Part shown: positions 33,601-42,923 of the stretch, one piece after another
Position numbering within the stretch: the first letter of the stretch is position 1
How the letters are laid out: each line of letters opens with the position of its first letter
Assembly: GCA_036867785.1 (NCBI GenBank)
Contig: CP145419.1
Span: forward strand, 868,001-932,000
Source: Plasmodiophora brassicae
Taxonomy: Eukaryota
Reading direction: 5' to 3'
DNA: 64,000 nt
The notes under the pieces: generated by a model
Told to the model about the DNA's origin: nothing
What the model saw: only the letters and a program-made list of their open reading frames with translations
Databases searched by the model: none
Program-made: the position numbers and the translations under genes

Positions 33601-35882
33601 GATGATGATGACGCTGAAGATGATCCCGACTACGAAGGTTCGGCGTCCAGCAACGACTCTCCCAACGAAGCTGCCGATCCCGACGTCCACGACAATTCCG
33701 ATGCTGCTGATATCGTTGACCACAATGTCATCGACGTGCCACGCCCTCGCCGATCGAATCGTCGTCGTCAACCGCCTGGTGAATGGCGGAAGGCGCCGGA
33801 GGCGGCCAATCGTTCGTCGACACGGTGGTCCTCGACGGTCGACGCCTGGTTCCAGAATCCGACCCTAACGTCCCCGACACAGCGCCCTCCTCGTCGCTCC
33901 CGCCGACTGATCCGGCATTGGCAGCAGGTTGAGGAGCGCCGTCTGATCGATCAGGCCATCAGGTCCAACCGTCCGACATGTCGCGGCGCCGCTGCCAAGG
34001 CATGTCGAGCCAAGGTATCCGCCCCGATCGACCCAGCCCGTCTACCACGACCCGACCTGTCGAAGCTGAAAGCGACCGACATTCCCGTACCCAACTCAAT
34101 GGCCGATGCCCTCTCATCACCTTTCGCTGGCCACTGGTGGGACGCCGCCGTCACCCAGATGGCAACACTGGACGCCAAGGACACGTTCGGCCCGCTAATC
34201 GACCTGCCGAAAAGTAAGATCGCTGTTGGCGCCAAGTGGGTGTTCCGAGTGAAGTCCTCGCTCAGTGGCAACGGTGGCATCCGCAAGTTCACCGCCCGAC
34301 TCTGTGCTCAGGGCTTCCGACAACGCCCCGGCATCGACTTCGACGATACGTTCGCGCCGACCGCCCGTGCCACTGCGTTCCTCGTTATCCTAGCGCTCGC
34401 GGCGCAGCACGGCCTGCATCTTCGCCAGGTCGACTGGGTGGCCGCATACCTGAACGCCGACATGCTCCATGATGTTTACATTCGTCAGCCGGATGGCTTC
34501 ACCGATCATCACGTCCCGTACCGAGTTCGTCAACTGCAAAAGGCCCTTTATGGAACGAAACAAGGCGCCGAACGTTGGTACAAGACGCTTCGGGAGATGC
34601 TGTTATCACTCGGATTCGAATCGATCATCGCGGACCCCTGCGTCTTCCGGTACGATCGCGATGGAAAGTTCATGATCATGTCGGTGCACACCGACGACGG
34701 TCTGCTGGCGTACAATGACGTCCCGTTCGCGGAATCCGTTCTCGAGAAGCTCTCCACGATGGCCGAGATCACGGATCAAGGTGAACCGTCGACCCTGCTT
34801 GGCATGCGCATCCGACGCGAACCTGGCACCGGCGCCATCACCCTTGACCAAGCCGAGTACATCGAGAAGGTGTTGAGCGACTTCACCATGTCGCATTGTC
34901 ATCCGGTCGACACGCCGCATCAGCCTGGCGTTCACCTATCAACGACAATGAGTCCACAAAGCGACCTCGACCGCGACGAAATGGCGACCAAGCCGTACCT
35001 CAAACTTATTGGCTGCCTGACATGGCTCGCCCATCGATGCCGTCCCGACATCGCGTACATAACGAATGTACTGGCCCAATTCTCCTCGAATCCCGGCATC
35101 CAGCATTGGCGTGCGGGGCAACGCGTTCTTAAGTACCTCGCCGGCACCATGACGCACGGCATCCGATACGAACGTCAGCCCGAAGATCGTCTGATCGCAT
35201 ACGCCGACGCTGATTGGGCATCCGACCCTGACACGCGACGGTCGCGCTCCGGCCACATCATCCTGCTGGCTGGCGGCCCCGTGCACTGGCAGTCACGTCG
35301 CCAAGACCTAGGCGCAGTCATAGTTAGCTTATCGTCCACACATGCAGAGATCAAGTCGCTGTGTGCTGTTACCCGCCAGCTGGCCTGGATCCGGTCATTC
35401 CTGACCGAAATCGGCTTCGCACGCTCCAGTCCGACGATCGTATACGAGGACAATCAAGGCGCGAAGGCCTGGTCTGGCTATCGTCGGATGGATGATCGCA
35501 CGAAGGACATCGAGGTGCAGTTTCACTACACCCGGGAGGCCGTCGAGGCCAGTTTGATCGTGGTCCACAAGTGCCCGTCCGCCGAGATGGCTGCAGACTA
35601 CCTCACGAAGCCCGCTCTCAGCACCTCGTATCATGCGAACCTGCTCCTGGCCGGCATCATCGACACAAGTCCCAGGCCGTGTGCTGCTGGAGGGGGCGTG
35701 TCGAACAACGTATCCACTACGACCAGCAGCACATGCCTGCAGCACGTGAACGCCGTCACGCACTCCGCGACTCCGTGCCCGCCGGCGTTGGCAACCGTTA
35801 CACCGTCGGCGACTACGTCGCCACTGTAACGTCCGCCGCACACGCCGTACGTAATACATCCACTCCATTATTGTCTTTCTCA
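30647..35882 (+). mobile_element. Full-length Ty1/Copia retrotransposon (5236 bp), identical 184-bp LTRs, TSD ACATC
   Basis: LTRs at 30647-30830 and 35699-35882 (TG...CA), PBS at 30831-30844, PPT GGAGGGGGCG. ACATC at 30642-30646 and 35883-35887. Confidence 0.98.
30874..35829 (+). CDS. Copia Gag-Pol polyprotein, 1651 aa, intact
   Basis: Gag; protease LLDSACS; WHARTGH...CAAC; integrase HSD/TDGGGEY/QNGRAE; RT KWVF...ARL.AQGF, KALYG.KQ, HTDD; RNase H YADADWA...EDNQ...ADYLTK. Confidence 0.97.
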   Translation: MAERQATPNTDDDPLRHLSLEEIDTRIAEAEATIARQEKIDRLRVLQQQLARPTSCPSTPAMPIIAEAHSRSDAGRLPMPKFDGTPDSFTSWVQTAALWFRNRGYADVIGINEDGSPTATTGTAHDPALEAAAREILLVHMLDHKIASALSLFQAGSAAKCWRVLFQAYSPSSLASVVRAVRDLVTVQHMPGQSVATYAARVQAAAHRVRSMVPTEMLSLTDALVAVLILANASSDLDAVVAGLHNRALDTLPSVSEVVGSLTSEEIRVQDVRDRHDAFQTANRSSCATSTRPRGPRRNESCVFHPGSKHTNGECTLQRHIWYRDSNAKSNTSSPTSNEYPTSGAHPIDPAPEPMRALSARHAIDVYANSVGLLDSACSTTMTPLRRHLSCYRQGTGPEVELADLSRTTTSGRGVTSFGMDVQATSIDSLHVPRLGQTLVSVGQLTRSGHKIVFDGDTAKIYSGANWTAPVGQPVAVSQRGHDNLYRIPLSAPTSAPGTLHSARVCSLIASSVSCRVAKVTAAAPAVWHARTGHLGYGNLRILHKRCRGMKFDGPIPRPQDRCPCAACLLAKGKRSSFPPSTSRARRVGDLVHSDLSGRWPVVGVGGFEYYQTMLDDSSRYLSVYLLRRKSEALDVIKHYDARLRNQEGRGIRTFQTDGGGEYNSKACVLFYNESGILHRKSVPYTPEQNGRAESVNHTLCGIESSIRCHSSMPDSTWPWSLSYSAILYNIHPRSVLPGRRTSFEAARRALPNISALRVYGCDAYAMRPHPATKKPSNLEPRRVRAVFIGFTPGMKAWRFYDVDREDTFESTTAEFLETSFTFGFGRSSPASSSSAPPSSPESSSAPNVDTIVPTPVSSDAVMAPLPSTSASPLAASPPEPPSPAAASSPSEVVRPSRSPSPDDVSTDEDDDDAEDDPDYEGSASSNDSPNEAADPDVHDNSDAADIVDHNVIDVPRPRRSNRRRQPPGEWRKAPEAANRSSTRWSSTVDAWFQNPTLTSPTQRPPRRSRRLIRHWQQVEERRLIDQAIRSNRPTCRGAAAKACRAKVSAPIDPARLPRPDLSKLKATDIPVPNSMADALSSPFAGHWWDAAVTQMATLDAKDTFGPLIDLPKSKIAVGAKWVFRVKSSLSGNGGIRKFTARLCAQGFRQRPGIDFDDTFAPTARATAFLVILALAAQHGLHLRQVDWVAAYLNADMLHDVYIRQPDGFTDHHVPYRVRQLQKALYGTKQGAERWYKTLREMLLSLGFESIIADPCVFRYDRDGKFMIMSVHTDDGLLAYNDVPFAESVLEKLSTMAEITDQGEPSTLLGMRIRREPGTGAITLDQAEYIEKVLSDFTMSHCHPVDTPHQPGVHLSTTMSPQSDLDRDEMATKPYLKLIGCLTWLAHRCRPDIAYITNVLAQFSSNPGIQHWRAGQRVLKYLAGTMTHGIRYERQPEDRLIAYADADWASDPDTRRSRSGHIILLAGGPVHWQSRRQDLGAVIVSLSSTHAEIKSLCAVTRQLAWIRSFLTEIGFARSSPTIVYEDNQGAKAWSGYRRMDDRTKDIEVQFHYTREAVEASLIVVHKCPSAEMAADYLTKPALSTSYHANLLLAGIIDTSPRPCAAGGGVSNNVSTTTSSTCLQHVNAVTHSATPCPPALATVTPSATTSPL

Positions 35883-36005
35883 ACATCCGCGTCCTTGACA
35901 CCAATATGCTCGTCCGTGCTGGACGTCGTCTCCGATGCCATGGCGCAGCGTCTCGAACGTGGTGCGGGACGAAGTCAGACGTGTGGGATCAGACAGAGTG
36001 CGCAC

Positions 36006-36197
36006 TGTAGTCTATCTCGAGCCAATATCCCAATGAGCTCTATCATCCATCCCATCCACGGCGTCGGCCATGCCATCACAGTGGAGCTGAATCCGTGCAG
36101 GCCCCCTTTTCCTCAGGACAGCAAGGCCCCCTTCTCCACAGGACAGCAGCATCTTGAGGTCGGGCACGGGACGCTAAATATAGAGCCCCGCTCTACA
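36006..36197 (-). mobile_element. Gypsy-2 5' LTR (TGTAG...CTACA)
   Basis: The reverse complement aligns with 56957-57154. The minus-strand 5' flank is CGGC. Confidence 0.88.
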
Positions 36198-36460
36198 GCC
36201 GTTGCTTCACAATGTGTGGAATCCGGAATGCATTACCACCTTGCTGTTTCAACGTGGACTCCAAGGCAAGCTGCCAGGACAGGAATACCGACCCAAATTT
36301 TTACGTGTCCAGGTTGTAGTATGCGTTTACCACACAGTCTAGGAGATCGTCAATTCCCGCTGGAGCGCTCTTGAGCTGTTCTTGCTGCAGCGCAGCAAAC
36401 AAGCCAAGGTCCAAGACACTGAAGTCAGGGCTGTTGCGAGGCTGGCACATCATTGATGCA
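36198..36460 (-). pseudogene. Tc1/mariner (plant-mariner/DD39D-like) transposase fragment, upstream half
   Basis: QPRNSPDFSVLDLGLF...IDDLLDCV...GGNAFRIPHIVKQR. Continues in frame at 57159. Confidence 0.85.
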
Positions 36461-36469
36461 CCACTCGAC

Positions 36470-37150
36470 GAAGACTCTAGCAGCATATATGTAGATGACA
36501 TCGCCTCTTGGGCCATTGGGAGAACGAAGAAACAAGTGAAGCGCACCCTACGCAAAAAGAACGCGGCACTAATGAAATGGTGCGATGACAACCATATTAA
36601 AATCAACTGGGACAAGACGGTAATATTATTTAACGAGTACAACCCGGACGACGCTCTTAAAACAAACAAAACCAGTATAAGGACAGCACCGGAGGTCAAA
36701 TACCTATGTAGGAATCACACTAAGGGCTAATGAGGAAAACAAACACGGTATGATGATGATTGATTGACCTTAATGGTGTAGCGGCCAGCATAAAACAAAG
36801 AAGCAAAGTATACCACCAAATATGCAAAGGATTCATCGGGGACAAACTAAATTACTACATGCCGATACTTGGGGCAGAAACAGGTAAAGAAATGAAAAGT
36901 GCCATCAAGCCCCTAGAAACAGCTTACAACGAGTACATGAGGACATACTCAGGAGCGTTCAGATCCACACCAATTCCCCTTCTACATGCAATTTCCGCTA
37001 TTACGAGACGCGATATGCACAATCGCTACCATGACAGTCCTGTCAGCAATTGCCAATGACACCCTGCTAGGTAGAGAGTACAGCACTTGGGATGGTGAGG
37101 GTGATGGATGGAGCCCGCTAGGAATAGTGTGGAATACCCTCAACGAGGAA
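36470..37150 (+). pseudogene. Non-LTR (LINE) reverse transcriptase fragment
   Basis: YVDDIA...LMKWC....IKINWDKT...VKYL and GAFRSTPIPLL. A-rich and frameshifted. Confidence 0.85.
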
Positions 37151-37255
37151 ATGCCCAGGCGGTATCGAGAATCGAGGACATCGTGAACGATGAAGATGGG
37201 AATATCGTCGTCCGCGAGGAGAATCGGTGGAGGAGGAGGTTGAGTGCGACGGAAA
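37150..37255 (-). pseudogene. Short Gypsy-1-related integrase/chromodomain fragment
   Basis: RTQPPPPPILLADDDIPIFIVHDVLDSRYRLG parallels RVQPPPPPILLDDDDQPLFIVKEVLDSRYRAG at ~26330-26420. Confidence 0.8.
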
Positions 37256-38488
37256 AATAGAAGTGCCGAATTGGTGCCCGGACGTTCCCCGAGTGCCGAT
37301 GAAGTGCCGATTCCTGGGGCCAACAATAGGCAAGTGCCGATGAGGAGCCGGTGCGACACCTGGAGTGCCGAAATGGTGCCATCTGGTCCATCGTGCCAAA
37401 AATTGGGATGCCAGGATGATGGGCTTTTTGCGAGCAGCCGGCAACTGCACGGTACCACCTGAGCTGACACGCCTTTCGAGGTGCCGGCTCGGTAAATCTC
37501 ACCAACGCACCTTTCTTTTCCGTCCCGACGGTGCCTCTCCACCACACATTGCCGAATGCGGGCCCGACGCTGCACCTCCACCACACACTAACGCGAAGGG
37601 GCGCAATCCGGATTCCGATGCGGGATTCGACATCGACGACGAATTGGCACCCGTGTCCTCATTCTTCAAATGGATTCGTCGGCAGACGTATCCGTATCGT
37701 TGCAGGCATGACCGTGTACGAACGGTTTGCACGACAAGGCCTGCAATGTACCTCGTTTCTCGTGTCTACTCCAGGTATTGCTCCTGTATGCGTGTGTGTA
37801 TCCGAAATCAAGGACGCTCACTACCCTCGTGTATTAGTGTCTACACGTCTGAGCAGCTGGAGAGGAACTGTCCCGTTAAGAACGCCGTCCTGCTCCAGAG
37901 GATCCCGTCGGAGTGGCCGTGCAATTGGGCTTGCCCGCCGATGATGGCAGACACTCGCCAGCGTATGTGAATTATTTGGTGTTCCACTTTATAATTATCT
38001 GATAATTTGTCCAAGTCAACATACATTATAGATTGGCACTTCACCGGAAGATGATCAGGCTCGTCACCGGAATTCGTCGGCCGCAGCTGATGAGCGTTCG
38101 CAGTGCAATGCCGTATTCAAATCTTTCACGCACGTCGAGCATTTCTGTCTCTGGGGTTCAGTCGTTAACGGTCTTTATGATGCGCAATACAAGACGGTCA
38201 TGTGATCGCGTTCTTGGCGGAGATCCCAAACGAGTTTGTCCGGACGACGAACTAGGTCCCCGTCTTCGCCATAGGTCGCTGCGGGACGCGGTGCGTATTC
38301 GATGGTTCTGACGTCGCCATTATTTATAATGCGTTTCGATACAGGCCCAGCATCAACGGGTGCCTTCGCATCCCGCTGGCCACAATGGTACGCAACGGCA
38401 ACGTTAACATCATGTGTTCCCTCATTGTGCTATGTATGAATTAGGCGGCGTTGCGGCCAGGCGCGTTGAAAGGTACGGCCGTTGTTGT

Positions 38489-40340
38489 TGTCGAACTCCA
38501 TATCCAGCAGCACACTCGTGCGGCACACCGACGCTGCCACGCACCCCGCAAGTCTGGTGTCAGCGCCGCCCGCGATGATGTAACGTGCACCGCGTCTCAC
38601 GTCTACGACGTTGCCCGTCACACCCAATATCTTCGCTCTATATCCATCAATATATCTCACTCTGATTTCGTCGTTTCAGATTAACAGTCGTAACAGCGCT
38701 CTGGGCGTCTCGCTCGCGTCCAACGTCATGGCCGATCGCGGCCGAACGGCGGCGGAATCAGATGTCCAAGATCTCGACGCGCAGCTCGCTGAGGCCGAGC
38801 GACAGGAGAAGATCGCGCGCATCGCATTCCTGCGCCAGCAAACCGCATCGTACACCTGCATCGCCACGACGCCGACGACGCAGCCTCGCCCAACCATTGT
38901 GGACGGCGTAGTGCGTCCAGGTACAGATCGCGTGCCTCCGCCTCGGTTCGACGGCAAGCACGAATCGTTTGCCGCTTGGGCGCCCGCCGCCGCGTCTTGG
39001 TTTACCAACCGTGGATTCGCGGGAATCAAGCCGGTGAATCGGTCGCCTTGTACGCGGCTCGTCTGCAAGCCGCTGCCCAACGTTTCCATACAACAGTCCC
39101 GAACGACGTGCTTCACATGACGGATTCCTTCCTGGCTGTCCTGATGGCTGGAAACGCCTCGTCAGAATTGGACACGGCCGCATTGTACTCGAACCGCGGC
39201 CTACCGTCACTGAGGTCGTGTCCACGCTCACATCAGAAGAGCAGCGCATTCAAGAGGCTCATGCTGACCGGGAGATATCGTTCGCAACGGCAAACCGTGC
39301 AAGCGCCACCGCACATCCGATCAAGGCTCCCGAACGCGATGGACTGTGCGTCCTACATACGACCTCGAGGAAGCCGCACACGAATGGCAACTGTTTCCTA
39401 CAGCGCTCGTTGTGGCGGACGACATCGAATACATCGTCGCAACCTGATCAGTACGTCCCGGTTCGCGCCATGTCTGCCCGTCACCCCGCCGTAGACAACA
39501 GTTCCGCCGGCCTGCTCGATTCTGGATGTTCCACCACAATGACGCCCCTGCGCGAGCATCTCGGCGCTTACCGACATGTCGCCGGACCGACTGTTGAACT
39601 TGCAGACCTGTCTCGTACGACCACTTCCGGACGTGGCGTGACGTCATTGGGCGCTGATCAGTCCCAGATGACGCCTATCGATTCGCTGCACGTCCCACGA
39701 CTCGGCCAAGCGCTCGTCTCCGTTGGACAGCTCACCCGATCCGGGCACAAGATCGTCTTCGATGGGCCCAACGCGACCATCTATTCCAAGGACCACTGGA
39801 CGTCCCCTGTCGGGACCCCGCTAGCGGTCAGCACGCGAGGAGCCGATAATCTCTACAGGATCGCCCTGCGTGCTCCCGCTGCCCCATCGTCAACTGAAAT
39901 TTATTCATCGGCTGCGCCCAGCGTGTCCTGCCGCGCCGCCACAGTCGCCTCCGCATCGCCCGCCCTTTGGCACGCGCGCGTTGGACATCTCGGCTACGTC
40001 AATCTGCGTCTCCTGCAGCGCCGCTGTCGGGGAATGGCCTTCGATCAGCCCATTCCCAAGCTTCAGGATCGATGTCCATGCGAGGCATGTCTTCTCACCA
40101 AAGGCAAGCGCTCATCATTCCCTCCCAGTACGTCGCGAGCACGTCGCGTTGGCGATCTCGTCCATAGTGACCTCTCCGGGCGGTGGCCTGTCGTCGGTAT
40201 TGGCGGTTTCGAGTATTACCAGACCATGCTGGATGATTCAACGCGCTACCTGACCGTCTACCTGCTCCGACGGAAATCGGACGCCCTCGATGTCATCAAG
40301 CACTACGATTCACGTCTACGCAACCAGGAGGGACGTGGCA
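38489..40340 (+). mobile_element. Diverged Copia subfamily, 3'-truncated (LTR D 38489-38678, PBS, frameshifted gag, protease, start of integrase)
   Basis: TG...CA LTR followed by GATTAACAGTCGTA. LLDSGCS, WHARVGH and HSDLSG are homologous to the 30874 ORF. Confidence 0.9.
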
Positions 40341-41256
40341 AAGTCATCATGGATCTTCATCGTGGTGGGCTTCTTCTGTCCGCCCATCGACAGCAAATAC
40401 TCGTCACTGTAATAGCTATACAACCACGGTTTCGTCAGATTGTATAAGGTCATATCAAACCATGCCTGACCTACGCGGCACACATTTTAATCTCGCTCTG
40501 CAGCGCGTTGCGCTGGGGCGTCATTGCTGCCCTGACATTCTCCGGTGACAGGTATTCCGCAATCGGCCCCTGTGGCAAGGGTTCTTTCCTCCTGCCCGAA
40601 AACGGATCACGAGTAGGGCCAGGACTGGGCGACGTTGACCGTTGAGTCTCTGAACGGGCTTCCCGTGAGGGTCTGTGTTCGAATGCCAACAGTCAGATAC
40701 CTGACAAGAGGGCCGACGTACTTGTACCTCGACGATGCTCGTCTTCGTCGCGACATCTCGACCTACACCACCCAATATCACTTTGAGTGGTTGTGAGCGC
40801 ACGTCACGAATGAGCAGTCCGGATCGGACTCTGCCTGGGTCTAGTCCACTGGGGTTGCGCAGCCTTCATGCAGCACCCCTCTCCCGAGCCGGCACCCTCT
40901 CCCGAGCCGGTCGCACTGAATCTTGCAGAAACGCCGCTCACTACGACTTCTCGTCACAAGGCTTCTTTCCGTATTCCACGATTTGAGCAGGATTAATAAT
41001 AAGTATCTGCTTACCCTAACGTATTTCATATTACATTTGTACATAACGGTCTCGACGTGTACGCCTGCGGTCCGCCGCTGGGTAGTGTACGCGCCAGTTT
41101 CGTCGGCTTCCTCGGACTTGTCACTTGCCGCAACCTGTGTCGCCTCGCTGCATCGACATGCTGCTGACCCCACGTCTTCTTCGTGCCAGGAAGGCTGCAC
41201 GAACTGATGCGGCCAGTTCGATTCCACCATCGGACAGCACTAGTCCATCGTCCCCA

Positions 41257-41880
41257 ATGCCCATCGTCGACACTCCTGTCGCCGATCATTCGCCCGAGGA
41301 TTCCGATTCGTCTGTTTCCGATTCGTCGTATGGCTCCAACCATGCATCAGCGGGCGCCGCCAAGATGCATGCTACCTATGATGCTGAATCGAACATATCC
41401 AATGTCGATTTTGATGTCGGGGAAGCCCTTCCGCCCGATGCTGATGAATGTCTAGTCGAGTGCTCCGAAGCACTAGCGGCGCTGCTGAAAGCCCGCATTC
41501 CCGGGTTTGTCAGGCCCTGTGCTAAGCCTAGCATTGGTCTGCAGCAGACTTTCTTCGTCCTCAACGAGATGTGCAAGTCCTCCCTGTCCGACGCCGCGTT
41601 TACCCGCATGTCTCAAGTTATTCATTCTACGGCGAAGCAGGCAAAGTTGCAGTGCGTTGGGGAATTTATCGCTGAGGTAACACGCACGGTTGCATTGCAG
41701 GCGTTTCTGGTCGGCATTCTTTACCTTTTTCACTGCGCAAACCTCCTTTTGTCAAAGGCAATTCCCAAGTCTGCCCTTGACAATATCGCTTTGGAATTTC
41801 GCGCCGCTCTCGCTGAGATGGAGTATTTAGGGCCAGCGACCATGACGACCATAGAGTTATCCGTAAACCCCCTAAACTGA
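41257..41880 (+). CDS. Hypothetical protein, possibly transposon cargo
   Basis: Open frame with an acidic/Ser-rich N-terminus and a helical-looking C-terminus. No recognised motif; may be spliced. Confidence 0.3.
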   Translation: MPIVDTPVADHSPEDSDSSVSDSSYGSNHASAGAAKMHATYDAESNISNVDFDVGEALPPDADECLVECSEALAALLKARIPGFVRPCAKPSIGLQQTFFVLNEMCKSSLSDAAFTRMSQVIHSTAKQAKLQCVGEFIAEVTRTVALQAFLVGILYLFHCANLLLSKAIPKSALDNIALEFRAALAEMEYLGPATMTTIELSVNPLN

Positions 41881-42659
41881 CAGCGAGTCACAGTCTGTTC
41901 ACCACCAGAATGGGTGCGCGGCCTCGTCATGAGGTTCCAAATATAGACTGGCAGACAAACTTTGAAAGGCCTCTGGGACGGTCCCCCAAAAAGTTTTCAA
42001 CTTCACTCTGAGTTGCAACATTGGTCGTCGTGGACACGTCATCGTCGTCTTCCAGCGAGAGCGAGGTCGGCGTTCAGGCGATTGCGGCACCAGTAGGCCA
42101 TGGCCAGCCCGACCAGTCCGAATTCAAGCCGACGGGAAAGAAGGTTCGCGAGTTCGTGTCCACTGAGCATATCTCTGCGCTGGCTGACAGCTGCACTTCA
42201 AGCATTACTGCGAGGGCCGCAAGAAGGCGGTGACGCAAGTGATTCCAGGAGCGGTTTGGGAACAGGTCCGGTTCACGATTTGGGCAACTCGTACTCCTGG
42301 TATTGATTTATGTTTCAAGGTCTACGCCGAGTACCGACACAAGTTCCTCGATTCGACGTTCTGCGAGGCGAACTTGAAGGTTCGCCTTCGCGACACGCTC
42401 CTGGAGCTCAAAACCGGTACATCCAACATGGAAAACGTGCCGAAACGCGAGCTTCAAGCCAAGTCGGTGATTGAGCGACTTAAGACGCCTGATTCACACT
42501 GCAAGCGGAACGTCATCCAGTTGCGTGACTCAATCGTGCAGCGGAAGACCCCCGAAAGAAGCCACGGGTTGAGTCGCCGTCTCCCCCTGACACGGCGGCT
42601 CCGAAGAACAAGGCGCAGGCTCTGTCCTGTCAGGCAATGGCGTTCACGCAGATCGCGAA

Positions 42660-42923
42660 AGCGATGCACAATCGAGGTGGGATGACTTCGCCCAATTCCA
42701 CTTCCCGCTGTCGTAGACAAAGTTGTTGTCGTGCTTGAAGTGTAGAATGAAGCTGAGAAGCCGCTGTTCAGGACTGAGCTTGGGTGGTCGACCACCAGCA
42801 CCTCGAATCTCGCCCGTACTACCAGCATAGAGCTCAATTACTGGACACACAAGCGAGCACAACTCCTCGAATTCGCTTGCGGTGAAGTTCGTTGTCGCCC
42901 TAAATAACGATGGCCGTCGTAGA
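42660..42923 (-). pseudogene. IS5/ISL2EU/PHIS-type transposase N-terminal HTH fragment
   Basis: LRRPSLFRATTNFTASEFEELC...GRPPKLSPEQRLLSFILHFKH. Abuts the Copia LTR end at 42924. Confidence 0.65.

Larger units (their letters stand above)
26580..35882 (+). repeat. Left arm of a 9303-bp inverted duplication
   Basis: All ORFs mirror those in 42924-52226, with coordinates summing to 78806 and identical translations except for one substitution near the inner end. Confidence 0.97.

Noticed and set aside
37258-37490. Cluster of (A/G)GTGCCGA motifs as a regulatory array
   Set aside because: Irregular spacing. Probably subterminal repeats of a decayed DNA transposon whose ends I could not define.
40792-40958. 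TGTGA...TCACA segment as a solo LTR
   Set aside because: No matching TSD and no second copy in the window.
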